A stretch of DNA of 63,057 bases, the filler included, from Octopus bimaculoides (lineage: Eukaryota): NCBI RefSeq assembly GCF_001194135.2. It is 4 parts of 4 records of this genome, joined end to end, with 100 filler letters (N's around TTAATTAATTAA, not from the genome) between each part and the next. Parts side by side here need not be neighbours in the genome. Positions count along the whole stretch, not along the records: positions 49,257 to 63,057 come from NC_068990.1; 3 more parts are not named here. One strand, 5' to 3'. Every line of letters begins with the position of its first letter. Within the stretch, counting starts at the first letter, position 1. The notes under the pieces were generated by a model, which did not search any database, was not told the DNA's origin, and saw only the letters and a list, made by a program, of their open reading frames with translations. Position numbers and translations under genes: made by a program. Shown piece after piece: positions 50,553 through 63,057 of the stretch.

Positions 50553-52052
50553 TATTATTATTATTATTATAGAGTGAGGGAGCAGCGCATGCTATCAAAG
50601 TGAAACTGGAGTACAAATATACGAGGCCTGATATACCTATCATGACTACCCGTCTGGTAAGAGTAGACCAGACACATTAATATTATTATTATTGACAAAA
50701 TTGTTAGCATACCGGGCAAAATGCCTAACAGCATTTCATCCGTCCTCACATTCTAAGTTCAAATTTCGTCGGTATCTGCAAAGGCCAATACCATACCAAA
50801 CAAATTTGCCTGGGATTTTTTCTCTTCTTTTGAAGATTATGCTTGTATCCTTGGAAAATATCATTTGGTGAAAACTAATTATTTGACAATTTCCAAAAGG
50901 AAAAGGCTGTTTTTACGTTCTGAGTTCAAATTCCGCCGAGGTCGATTTTGCCTTTCATCCTTTCTGGGGTCGATTAAATAAGTACCAGTTATGCACTGGG
51001 ACCGGTATAATCGACGTAATCTGTTTGTCTGTCCTTGTTTGTCCCCTCTATGTTTAGCGCCTTGTGGGCAATAAAGACATAAGCTTGCTTCCCAAAAATA
51101 TAATTCTGGGTTCAGACTCACTACGTTGTCTTCTACTAAAGCCTCGGTCCGACCAAATCTTTGTGAGTAGATTTGGTAGACGGAAACTGAAAGAAGTCTT
51201 CTGCTCACGCGCGTGTGACTACGTTTGCCCCACCCGCTTGACAACCGGTGTTGGTGCGTTTACATCTCCGTAACTTAGGGGTTCGGCAAAGGGACCAATA
51301 ATATAATTACTGAGATCGATTCATTCAACTATGATTCTTCAAGGAGATGCCCCGGCATGACCGCAGTCTAATGAACGAAATTAATAAAACTTACAGTTAA
51401 GAGATATGTTTTAGCTGACAAAATCGAAGACGCTAAAAAAGATGGGGCAGTACAGTAGAAATGGTTTGTGATAGAATCTTAGATTTGAAACCTGCAATGA
51501 TAAAAGAATTTTGATAAACACATTTTGATAAAGATATATCAAAATTCTAGTTTATAAGTATTTACTAGTTGGTGTAGACATTAATATATGTTGTCTTTTA
51601 GTACAAGTTACATCCTCTAAGCTAATTAATTAGCATCATTATTATAGTATAGATATTCTATAACTTACTGTAACAGTCATTCGTTTCTTTCAGTCCATTT
51701 TCTCTAATTAAGATTATTCTCTAGTTAATTAATCGTTTATGAATTTTCTTCTTATTGATTATTTTATTTTTACTTATAATTTTCTCATTAAGTTTTATTT
51801 ATTATTTTCTGCATTTTATTTATCACCTACGAACTCCAATATTTTTCAGCTGACTGGTTGCAAATGTTTACATAAATTCTGATATATGTTCGACATTTAT
51901 TAGTATCTAGGTTCACGTTGTTTTCTTTACATGTATGCATCAGCGCCTATATGTATATAGATAGACATATAGCGCAATCGCTCCAGCTATATAATATATA
52001 TGTGCTTGCGTGTTTGTGTGTTTACGTATGTGTATGTTTTCACTTATGATCA

Positions 52053-52091
<39 letters not shown>

Positions 52092-52514
52092 NNNNNNNNN
52101 NNNNNNNNNNNNNNNNNNNNNNNNNNNNNNNNNNNNNNNNNNNNNNNNNNNNNNNNNNNNNNNNNNNNNNNNNNNNNNNNNNNNNNNNNNNNNNNNNNNN
52201 NNNNNNNNNNNNNNNNNNNNNNNNNNNNNNNNNNNNNNNNNNNNNNNNNNNNNNNNNNNNNNNNNNNNNNNNNNNNNNNNNNNNNNNNNNNNNNNNNNNN
52301 NNNNNNNNNNNNNNNNNNNNNNNNNNNNNNNNNNNNNNNNNNNNNNNNNNNNNNNNNNNNNNNNNNNNNNNNNNNNNNNNNNNNNNNNNNNNNNNNNNNN
52401 NNNNNNNNNNNNNNNNNNNNNNNNNNNNNNNNNNNNNNNNNNNNNNNNNNNNNNNNNNNNNNNNNNNNNNNNNNNNNNNNNNNNNNNNNNNNNNNNNNNN
52501 NNNNNNNNNNNNNN

Positions 52515-52568
<54 letters not shown>

Positions 52569-52581
52569 TTGTATGTGTGTG

Positions 52582-52772
52582 CCCCCAACATCGCTTGACA
52601 ACCGATGCTGGTGTGTTTATGTCCCCGTAACTTAGCGGTTCGGCAAAAGAGATCGATAGAATAAGTACTAGGCTTCTAAAGAATAAGTCCTGGGGTCGAT
52701 TTTCTCGACTAAAGGCGGTGCTCCAGCATGGCCACAGTCAAAAGACTGAAACAAGTAAAAGAGTAAAAGAGT
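52582..52772 (+). mobile_element. Family B SINE tail, CpG-intact
   Basis: CCCCAACATCGCTTGACAACCGATGCTGG..GTAACTTAGCGGTTCGGC..GAAACAAGTAAAAGAGTAAAAGAG. A similar copy lies at about 46930-47113. Confidence 0.85.
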
Positions 52773-53074
52773 ATATATATATATAGAATTGTCAAAAACG
52801 TGACTAGGATGTTAGAAGCACCTACATTGCTAAATATACGAGCTAAAATGCTCCAACGCTGTAGTCAAGCACATAATCGTATAGATATATATATAGACAG
52901 GGACTATAATCGTCCGAAAACACCATTCAAGAATTCCCTATATTGAATTTAGCTTCGGCAATTTCAGTCGCCCCATCAGAAAGGACTGGCTCTACTTCGA
53001 TAGTTTTCGGAATTAATTATCGGTATATATGTTTTAATAATAGAAATCTATGGATAATTTAGTAAATCGATAGT

Positions 53075-53488
53075 GAGTATACATAAAATTAAAATCGATA
53101 GCAGTGTGCAATATTTTACTATAAAGGGAAACTATGACAGTCACTAAATATGACTAGGGTGTTAGAAACACCAACATTGCTAGAAATAAGAACTAAAATG
53201 CTCTAATGCTGCAGTAATAGTGCATAATTGTATGCATATTCACTGGTGGAGACTGTAATCGTCCGGAAGCACCATTGACTTTAAGGAATTTTCGAAAGGT
53301 GTTTTTGGACGATAGCAGTCCTTGTCTATATATATGCATACAATTATGTGCTTTGACTACAGCATTAGAACATTTTAGCTCTTATTTCTAGCAATGTAGG
53401 CGTTTCTAACACCCTAGTCACATGTTGTGATAATTATAGTTTTTCTTTTTTGGTACAACATTGCAAACTGCCGTCTATTTTAATTTTA

Positions 53489-53495
<7 letters not shown>
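53075..53495. mobile_element. Palindromic MITE-like element with an extra direct arm copy upstream (52800-52935)
   Basis: GACTAGGGTGTTAGAAAC..CATTGCTAGAAATAAG at about 53151 is mirrored by CTTATTTCTAGCAATGTAGGCGTTTCTAACACCCTAGTC at about 53380-53418; the outer flanks also mirror. Confidence 0.75.
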
Positions 53496-53544
<49 letters not shown>

Positions 53545-53555
53545 TACTATGATTG

Positions 53556-53730
53556 ACCGTTGACCGAACACTATTCAATTTTTTTTCTCCGTGTTTTTTC
53601 TGTTGAAGAGCGTAGCTCGAAACGTTAAAGACTTTCCGTATTCCCGAGCGTCATATTAATACATCCTTTTGTTGTTTACACCACCTGTGCTCGTCTGTTG
53701 TTGTTTTTTCGTACATTCTCCCATATATAT
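53556..53730 (+). mobile_element. Penelope-like element tail with hammerhead-like motif, copy 1
   Basis: GACCGTTGACCGAACACTATTC..CTGTTGAAGAGCGTAGCTCGAAACGTTAAAGA; homologous to 56225-56420. Confidence 0.55.
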
Positions 53731-55329
53731 ATATATACACATTGCTGGGTTATTTAACACTTCGGAAGTTCCACTCGCTATGAAACATATGTAGACCTGG
53801 TCTTATCTACAGGAGAGATCTTATATATCTGAAGGCACTTAAGTATCCAATTATAATTAAATATTACTTTTACTTTAATAAATATTTAAAATTTTAAGAT
53901 CATATTGTATATATATATATATATTATATATTTTTAAATATTATATATAGGTACATGTATAAATATGCGTGTGTGTGTGTGTGTCTAGTAAGTATATGTG
54001 CGTATATGTGTATGAAGGTGTGTATGTGTGAGTGTGCATGTATAACACTGGAAATATTTGTCCGGGTAATATCGTGAAAATATTCTCTTTTGAAACACTT
54101 CTGTAATTTTGTAGCCGAATAAAAAATATGCTTTGTGTGTTGTATTAAAATAGTTATTCCTTCCGCATATGCGCAGATACATTGATATGAATATATATTT
54201 CTATAGATATTATATGCATGCAAATACACATACACACATGTACATTAGTACGAGCCTGTGCATGTGTGTATGCGCGCGCGTGTTTGTATGTTTGTATGAA
54301 GGATTATTATAGCAATTTTGACTACAAAATAACAATTATTTAATAATTGTCCAACTTTCATTTGTATTATTTTTGCTTCAGAATATGATTTGCGTGAATT
54401 AATTCCATTATATTTGCTCTAGTGTCGTAAATTAGGTGTTGAATAGTGGTTGTGAGTCGTTTCTGGAGTGCAGTGAAATTGTGTTGTTTAATGCAGGAGA
54501 CAAACTAAATTAATATTAGTCTTATTGTATAAGACATCCCATCAACTCAATGACCTTAGAACACATCGTTTCACACAATATACGAATTTTAAAACATTAC
54601 ATGCAACGAAAATTACTTACACACAGGCACGATTTATACATATATGAATATATGCATACATACAAACATAAGCAGGACACTGACAGTTATATAATATACT
54701 GGAGATTTGAAAATATTGCGTGCATGTCCAGACTTCATGCAGACGAGAACATTAAGGAGTTTAAGCAGGTACGAATTTATAATCGTGTTTCAAAAGTCGT
54801 AGAAGTATGTAGCAATATTACCGTTCCGTATATGAAAGCTCACACAATATCTGTTCATAAATTCATAAGAATATTAACGTTGGCAGCAAGTTGATTCTAA
54901 CACAGTTGCCAATATATNNNNNNNNNNNNNNNNNNNNNNNNNNNNNNNNNNNNNNNNNNNNNNNNNNNNNNNNNNNNNNNNNNNNNNNNNNNNNNNNNNN
55001 NNNNNNNNNNNNNNNNNNNNNNNNNNNNNNNNNNNNNNNNNNNNNNNNNNNNNNNNNNNNNNNNNNNNNNNNNNNNNNNNNNNNNNNNNNNNNNNNNNNN
55101 NNNNNNNNNNNNNNNNNNNNNNNNNNNNNNNNNNNNNNNNNNNNNNNNNNNNNNNNNNNNNNATATATATATAAAGGACCTGCTTCTTTCAGTTACCGTC
55201 TACCAAATTCACTCACAAAGCTCTGGTCCACCCAAGGCTATAGTAGAAGACACTGGCCCAAAGTGCCACGCAGTGGGACTGAACCCAAAACTATGTGGTT
55301 GGGAAGCAAGCTTTTTACCACAAAGCCAG

Positions 55330-55975
55330 CCACTCTGTGGGTTCCGACAACTAGGGTCACAGTTGATGCGATCTACGGAACAGCCTGCTCTGTACATTAA
55401 CGCGCAAGTTGCTGAGAGCTCCAAAGACACGTATACCTTTGACGTAGATCTGAGGGAGATTCAGCGTGACACAGAGTGTGACATATTTTCTTCTCCGATT
55501 GTTCGTCGTTGGTCAACGTTGACTTTCCTTGTTCCGTAATCATCTCTAGCAGGATTGCATGTGAACTCAAAGCCTGCGCTTGATCTGCAGCAAAGATGAC
55601 ATGTTTTGCATCTGAAGCTATTTGACGCCATTGAGAAGTGACGCCTCTCATGTACACTTTCGTATTCTCTCCGCTGTTTCTCACCAACGACTGGAATTAC
55701 GGGCCTCAGCAATCGGTGCAATTGATCGTGACGCAGAGCCTTCTCTTTCTAGATGTCTGGGGAGATGCCTAAGTTCTTCATATGTATATTAAAAACTTCT
55801 CTATATCGCAATCACTGACCACCAGAGCACCGCCTGCCCTGCCACGGTTCAGCATAGAAAAATCTTTTTGTATTCTGCCGCCCATCATCCAGCAAACATG
55901 TCCCGTCCACTGAAGGTGCGATGGGATGAAGGCCTCCACACTAACTGCACCAGCGCTGCGTTGGACCTCTACATC
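55330..55975 (-). mobile_element. RTE-clade LINE 3' end (ORF2 C-terminus plus 3' UTR)
   Basis: EVQRSAGAVSVEAFIPSHLQWTGHVCWMMGGRIQKD matches the RTE pattern EVL.RA...S.EA....QLRW.GHV.RM...R.PK; frameshifted. Confidence 0.7.
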
Positions 55976-56186
55976 ATATATGTGTGTATGTATGTATGTA
56001 TGTATGTATGTATGTATGTATGTATGTATGTATGTATTATGTATGTATGTATATAAATATATATACTTGCAGGTCTGTGTATCTATATATATATGTGTGT
56101 ATGTGTGTGTGTGTATGCGTATGTGTGTATACATGTATATGTATTATTTATGTATGTATATACATGTATGCATATATATATTATAC

Positions 56187-56224
<38 letters not shown>

Positions 56225-56226
<2 letters not shown>

Positions 56227-56420
56227 CCGTTGACTGAACACTATTCAATTTTTTTTCTCCGTGTTTTTCTCCTTGTCTCCGTATTCTTTCTGTTGAAGAG
56301 CGTAGCTCGAAACGTCAAAGACTTTCCGTATTCCCGAGCGTCATACTAATATATCCTTTTGTTATTTACACCACCTGTCCTCGTCTGTTGTTATTATTTG
56401 TATATTCTCCCATATATATA
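56225..56420 (+). mobile_element. Penelope-like element tail with hammerhead-like motif, copy 2
   Basis: TCTTT-CTGTTGA-A-GAGC GTA GCTC-GAAACGTC-AAAGA at 56285-56321; flanked by (TA)n. Confidence 0.55.
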
Positions 56421-56899
56421 TATATACACGAACACACACATACACGTGTGTTGTGTGCGTGCGTACGCATATGCATACTTGTGTCTGACTTTTCCTTTAT
56501 ATCGACAGTGATACTTAAGTTTTATAATATGACAGCAGAGTGGAAGTTTTTTTAAAGACCATTATTATTTGAAAATGACGAAGTGTTCTGACAACTGAAA
56601 TATTAAAGAACTAATCTGGAGATGGAAAATTTAAGTGCTGCCTTAATATTCTTTTACTTTAATATTCTTTATCCAGTACAGCCTTTTGACACTAATGAAT
56701 TTAATGTGCCTAGATTATTCACCTTGCTTTTAGGAGTAAAATTAACACACCTCTTGTTGCGTTTTCACAAAATACATGAATTACTTCCATGTGAGAGGTC
56801 TGAAAATGTAATTAGAAATTTTGTAATATCGGTACATTTCTTTTTATTTATTCTGTTTTTCTTTTGCATTCATTTTGAAAGTTCTGCTTGTTGCTGGAC

Positions 56900-58500
56900 G
56901 AATTATTTCATTTATGTCTAAACCTCTGTTTCAAATCCAAATAGTATAAAGCAGACGTTCTAAGTAACAAAAAGAGAAAGCTACTTCTTTATCCTTGAGT
57001 TCCAACGGTTTAGTTTCCAGAAGAATGTTAACCTCTTCATAAAAAAATGACCAAAAATACTTTGTATTGACTCTCCAATTCCTTTACCAACCAGGTATCT
57101 TTCTGATTAGAGTATGATTTTAAGTTCCACGTACTATTCATATTTTAGCCACAATAAATACATGAATTAATTAAATTTTAAAATAAACAGTACGTTAAAA
57201 TTTTACCTGTTATTGTGTCAGTTGCCACTGCAACAGCCAATGATCGCAATGCAAATTGAAACACAAATATTGTTCAGAGGACAGTGATATATGAGAGTAT
57301 ACTTCCACAAATCTAATGTAAGCTTCCTATGTGTACGAGCATCAACAAGTTTATTTTTCAACTTATAATAAATTCGAGAAAATCTTCGTACTAATGACTC
57401 CTACTCCGTATTACTTGTGAAATTTACGAAGTCTTTTGACATTTTGGAATGAGAAAGCTTTTCTCGAAATAAGTCTTTTCAAATTAGATGGATTTCTGTT
57501 TAAATTTATGATTACTGTATTAAAAGAGGATGAAAGCGTAAATGAAAAACATTTAATCCCGACAGTGCGAATCAAAATACTGCTTGTTCAGATTCCTAGT
57601 GATATATCTTCTTAGATTGAAGGCACTCTCTATAGGTTGCAGAGCGTACGCATAGTTTTAATCCAGCCTTTAACTCATCTCGCTTGCATTTCTCGTGTTC
57701 TTTTATTTATCTGATTGTTTCTTGAATGTAAAGAAGCAATAATTTTTATCAGCACTACATTCATACATTCATAAAAAGCATAAAAATTTTTTTTTTTTCT
57801 TATGGATGTAAGAAAGAATACGCCAACGGATGTTTTATTCACATTCAACAATCTATTATCACCAATGAGATGCTGTTACGATACTAAAGTTATCCTTTAC
57901 CTAACGCAAGACTTAAAATGAATAGAGAGGCGGTATACATGAACATTTATCAAGTATGTGAAACGCAATATATCGCCTTTTACCGAAACTGTGCTGTTGG
58001 ACTAGTTTCTGCTACTCTATGTAAGTTTACTTTTAGTGGAAGGTGCTTTCAATAAAATATTCCTAACTTTTATTCGAATGTTGATATTTTACGTTTAGGT
58101 ACTGCTCTTTACATTTTGAGGGGATCACAAATGAGATAATGTGACAAAGGCAAACTCTATGGTAATCCCATCATTAGCCTTCATTGAGAGGCCAATGATT
58201 AAAGTTATTTCAAGCAAGACAATCCTCTATTTTATTCAGAAAGAATCTGAGCTACTAATATTCTACGTGTCTTTCATCTTAAAATGTGATTTCATGAAAT
58301 AATTGTTGCTATTTCTATCAGGCTCAACAACTACGTAGCTGTCATGTGTTTTTTTCATTAGATGTTGAAGAGGAGAAATTAATATTTCCAGAAGCATTCT
58401 GTCAAATACTGTTGAGAAATTGACAAAATATATAATTCCCCGAGTCTATTTTACATTCAAATTGCATCACAAAATAATATTAGACAATCTTCAGCTTAGT
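56900..58500 (-). mobile_element. Possible very old L1/Tx1-type LINE remnant
   Basis: N*SNSTVSVKGDILRFTYLINVHVYRLS aligns by eye with WTERKVSLKGRAEVANAYIASVIGYRL of the 45.5-kb element; MQAR*VKGWIKT also fits. Otherwise heavily decayed, with uncertain limits. Confidence 0.35.
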
Positions 58501-61445
58501 AGGCTAAATAGCAGATTTATCAGTAAACATTTCAGTCACTGATTTCCCGTATTCCTTATTAATGTTTAGAAACACATCCTGAACTAAAATCCATGATTTT
58601 CATTTTGAATGCAAATAGATATTTCAGGAAGTTTACAGAAGAAATCATGTTTACATATCACTTATAAACATTAACTTAGCAACTTTACATAAGGCAAGCT
58701 TGTGTGCATGACACCAATGATAACATCCAGGCGATAATTTCTCTAATTATCCTATGATAATCAATATAGATAACGGTTATTATAAGTGTGAACACGCACA
58801 AATTCACAAGAATATATCGGGCGATAGGAGTATATGCGGTGTATGCCTCTTTCATTTTGTCTCACCTTACATTGTCTCCTATTATATGTATATGTTGTGT
58901 GTATTCACACACAGACACAGACACACACACGTACACACACACATATGTACATGTATTAGTATATGCTTATATGTATTAAACCTAAAAGATAAGATATATA
59001 CATGTATACATACACTCGCACACATCGCACACACACACAAACACACACACACATATATATATATGAATACATACACATGTATAGAAATGTATGTACATGA
59101 ACGTATATATGTACATATACATGGAGAGAGAGGGCTGTGAGGGAGAGAGAAATTAGATTAGATTAGATTAGAAAATACTATGAAGAGATAGTTGCAAGGG
59201 TGAACGTTCAAAGTGATTCGGTGTAGATCGGTATAAATCCACGAAAATCATATTTAAGTTCGTAGAGTAGAAAAAATTCCGAGAAGCATTTCGTTTTGAT
59301 TCAATCAGCATAGGTAGGTAACGTTCAAAGAGTCACTACTTAAAATCTTGCAAGTGATAGGTGGGAAGGCGTAAGAATAATTTAGGTGCATTTTAGAGGT
59401 AGACCTCTACATTTTGCCGACGTACACAGAAGGTAGTTTGCTGCAATATTCTCTATATATTGCAACACAGTATAAGTGATATAAGTGACTTATCCCATCG
59501 TCAGAAGATACATGCAAGAGCGAAAACTGAATCAGTATAAATAGAAATGTAATTTGATATGTCAACTATCTTAGCCTTAATGAGATTTGAAGAAGTTAGG
59601 GCTTGGGTGAATAAAGAGAATATAGGCATCAATGGAATAGGCGTAATGGTGATATAGTGGACGGTCAATCTAGATGGTCAGTCTGCACGAAAATGGTGGG
59701 ATTAAGTAGAGTAATTCGTAAACGAAGGATGAGGAAAGAGTTAAGGTTTTGCATTAAGGCACTCTGCTGGCTAATGTACGCAGATCTGTCTAGTATCAAG
59801 TGGCAAGAAGAGGAAAGCAATAAATTATATAAAGACATTAAAAGGATGTGAAGATCGAATATAGAAACGTGGATCTAGTAGGGATGGCGGTGCGTTAGGT
59901 TCCAGTATTAACGCAACGACTAAATTTAATATATGTAATTACTTAATAAGAATACGTGAAAGAGCAATACAGTGTATAATCAAAGAAATGAAGGTAGAAA
60001 AAGATAGAGAACTTAGAAATCCCATTAAGTAAATTGATAATAAAGCGATAGCTGTATTCGCGGCAGAACATGCCGACATATTGTAAGATTAGGATCGATG
60101 AATGCAGATGTTTACCGCCACACTTTGGCTCTTCAAAAGCCAATGGGGATTATACTTCAAGATCTCGATGCATTCTTTACTACAAAGGTCTCATGGGGCT
60201 CTGCCACCACAATAACGTCTACTAGTAGGGATTGACCAGATAACGCAATAACGGATGTTATTATTTTGGAACCTGTGTATGTGATTACCTAGTGAGGTAG
60301 AAGTTTTGAGTTTTGTAGCAGCAAACAAGCTGAGATGTAATAAAATCGAACCTTACGATTAACCGAAGAGCCAACATATATATATATTGCTAGAGTTCTG
60401 CTGTTTAATATACAATGTGCACTGCGTAACATATATTGTAACATAGATATAATATAGTGTATACACTAAGTTATATCTTCGGCAGCCGGCATTCAGTAGG
60501 CAATTATCAGGAATCCTTATATTGCATTGTCTTCAATCAGATGGTGTTTCGTGATCTCAGTTAGTTTTGTCAATATTATTATGAATTATATCGATAGTTA
60601 AACTATTACTAATGTAACACGAGCGGACCCAGCCAGTGTTACCATGGCTATCATAATAGAACAGATTTTCTCTTCTCCCAAGTATGGTTGCTACAATTTA
60701 AGTAGTATGGCTACTAATTTTATTACTACCATTAGTGATATTCCAAACAGTATTAAAGTGATTACTGTTTTCCGATCAGTGTGTCTGGTTATTATTTCTA
60801 GATGTATAAGACGGTGAGCTGGTAGGATCGTTGGCACACCGGGCAAAATGTTAATCGGCATTTCATCTATCTTTACGTTCTAAGTTCAGATTTCTTTTGG
60901 GGGTCGATGCAAATTCCCCACCGGCTCCCCTCAAAATTACTGACCTTGTGCCAAAATTTGAAATCATTATTTCTAGAAATATGCACCCTATTATAGATAT
61001 TATCATTAAAGCGAGTACTTCGTAATCATACATACGAGTACCTGGTGTGTATTCCTAAGTAAGTTCCTGAATGGTCATCAATTATAATTATTTACTTTTT
61101 CTCTTCAGTTTTTTTTAATTGTCCTAAATGCTGCTCCGATTAAGAATGAAACTGTTTCGCTGTTTCGACACACTTTCCATTTTGATATCGAATTTTTGAC
61201 AGCTGAAATTTTCTTATTCTTTCTGAAAGAAAATCAACAAAATATAAAAATAAAACAAAAGTGTTCTCAACGAACGTTACTTTACAATATGGCCTACATC
61301 ATTACTGCCAAAATTAATTGAATACAAAAAGAAAATTTCAAAACAAGCAATTCACTCGTCTTGTATAATTAAATCTTTTTTCTAAAGTCGAATTAAAATG
61401 GTGTTGAATTGAAATAGTTCAAATCAAAGAACATGTAACCGTGTG

Positions 61446-61506
<61 letters not shown>

Positions 61507-61989
61507 NNNNNNNNNNNNNNNNNNNNNNNNNNNNNNNNNNNNNNNNNNNNNNNNNNNNNNNNNNNNNNNNNNNNNNNNNNNNNNNNNNNNNNNNNNNNNN
61601 NNNNNNNNNNNNNNNNNNNNNNNNNNNNNNNNNNNNNNNNNNNNNNNNNNNNNNNNNNNNNNNNNNNNNNNNNNNNNNNNNNNNNNNNNNNNNNNNNNNN
61701 NNNNNNNNNNNNNNNNNNNNNNNNNNNNNNNNNNNNNNNNNNNNNNNNNNNNNNNNNNNNNNNNNNNNNNNNNNNNNNNNTATATATATATATATATATA
61801 TGTATGTATGCATGTATGTATGTATGTATATATAAAAATACATGCATAACATATATAATTTGCTTTAGATAAATACCCCAGGATGTGCCCTTAAAAGCTC
61901 CTACTATGGCTCTTGCCGGTTACCGTTTGTTATTCCCATCTTTCAGTGTAATCGTATATGATGTTTATACATGCGGAACTAGCTAACAT

Positions 61990-62745
61990 AATAGCACCAC
62001 CTGATATGATTATCTAACTCCTGTGTAAGTCAAGTTTTGCTAATTGTCCATTCAAGTAGTGAATTCTTGTTGAGTGAGTTATATCCAGGTATGGGTGGCT
62101 TATCCGGTATTCGTCAAGAAATCTGTCCAGACTCTGTTTAAAGGTGATGGGATCCTTTTCCTCTTTGATCTCTTTCAGGACAATCTTAAGCAGAGCAGGG
62201 CCTGTTGAGGAAAAGAAATTGTGTCGCAGTGTACCTATATGGTGTGATCCTGAATTGGGCAGGGGACGTATAGCCCGTGGTCCCAGTCTTGGATGAACCT
62301 TGAAACTAATGTTCAGGTCATTTGGGCAATGCTGGCGGTATATCTTCCACTTGGTACAAATGATGTACCGCTCGCAGCGGCGCTTGAAAGAGTAGAGTTT
62401 CAAGGTTTTAAAGCGGTCCCAATAGTCGAGATCAGTCATGCATTCAATTAGTTTAGTGAGTGCCCTCCGGGGTGATTCAATCCTCGAGATGCTTTGTTTT
62501 GTATGGGGAGACCACAAGGAGGAGCAGTATCTGAGGTCTGGCCGTACAAAGGAAGAGAAAAGTGGAATGATGACACCTTGTTCTCTGGACCGGAAGGTTG
62601 TTAAAATCCAGGAGCTCATCCTACGAGCTCTATCGACCTTATTGTTGATGTGGGCACTCCAACTGAGATTGTTATCTACAATTACACCCAGGTCTCTGAT
62701 ATTATGATATTATTAGATGCCGTGAGCGGTCATCCTGAAGGAAGA
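61990..62745 (-). mobile_element. CR1/L2-type LINE ORF2 C-terminal fragment
   Basis: ORF 62014-62619: WILTTFRSREQGVIIPLFSSFVRPDLRYCSSLWSPH..SRIESPRRALTK..LDYWDRFKTLKLYSFKRRCERY..FKQSLDRFL. Confidence 0.9.
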
Positions 62746-63057
62746 AAGTATGGCTGTTTTAGTATAGACTTTCTTCCAAAATGCATCAGCATATATGTAT
62801 ATATGTATGTATGTATGTATATATATATATATATATATTTATTTTTTTATTTTATTTATTTATGTGTTTCAGCCAAGTGGCTGCGGTCATGCTGGTGCAC
62901 CACCGTTATTTTCACGTTCCTTGCATGGCTCTTCTCCCCCACCTCACATGGTCCAATCAAGAGTTTTGATGGCACATCTGGTCTATAAGAGAATTTGACA
63001 CAGCTGTCCTAAACTGCGTCTCATTACGAGCCATTGGTTTGTCTGGTATCGTGGAGA

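Noticed and set aside
52945-52990. Minus-strand CTGATGG-GGC..GCC-GAAG hammerhead-like string
   Set aside because: Two core substitutions and no stem I or stem III partner.
3052-59140. [16 protein letters not shown] low-complexity ORFs
   Set aside because: Di- and tetranucleotide microsatellites lack stops in some frames; there is no protein signal.
6503-61872. Long ORFs made of X runs (6.5-7.4, 12.2-13.6, 38.9-39.7, 42.5-43.2, 44.5-45.1, 52.0-52.6, 54.9-55.4, 61.4-61.9 kb)
   Set aside because: They are translations through N gaps plus flanking TA/CA microsatellites.

Overview
Eukaryotic, AT-rich, repeat-saturated genomic DNA from a draft assembly with many N gaps and three artificial 100-bp scaffold linkers. 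The microsatellite load and tRNA-related SINE families fit an octopod cephalopod, probably Octopus (inference). Most listed ORFs are microsatellite or N-gap artefacts. One host gene is well supported: a minus-strand, spliced class I SAM-dependent methyltransferase, with two phase-matched exons at 36041-35906 and 33243-32807; its 5' coding exon was not found. There are weaker unidentified exon candidates at 6.4-6.6 kb (+), 20.6-22.6 kb (+) and 41.0-41.1 kb (-). The rest is decayed transposable elements: a bounded Helitron, LINE pieces (RTE/RTE-X, R4/Dong, Tx1/L1, CR1), mariner and Tc1-type remnants, several SINE families, three foldback elements and several minisatellites. Points for a second look: two Penelope-type tails with a variant minimal hammerhead ribozyme fold, a duplicated C/D-box snoRNA-like segment, a Helitron that seems to have rebuilt its 3' end from its own helicase sequence, and a CpG-decay boundary at ~35-37 kb. 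No bacterial-type system or CRISPR array is present. All calls were read by eye, no searches were run, and TE boundaries are approximate.
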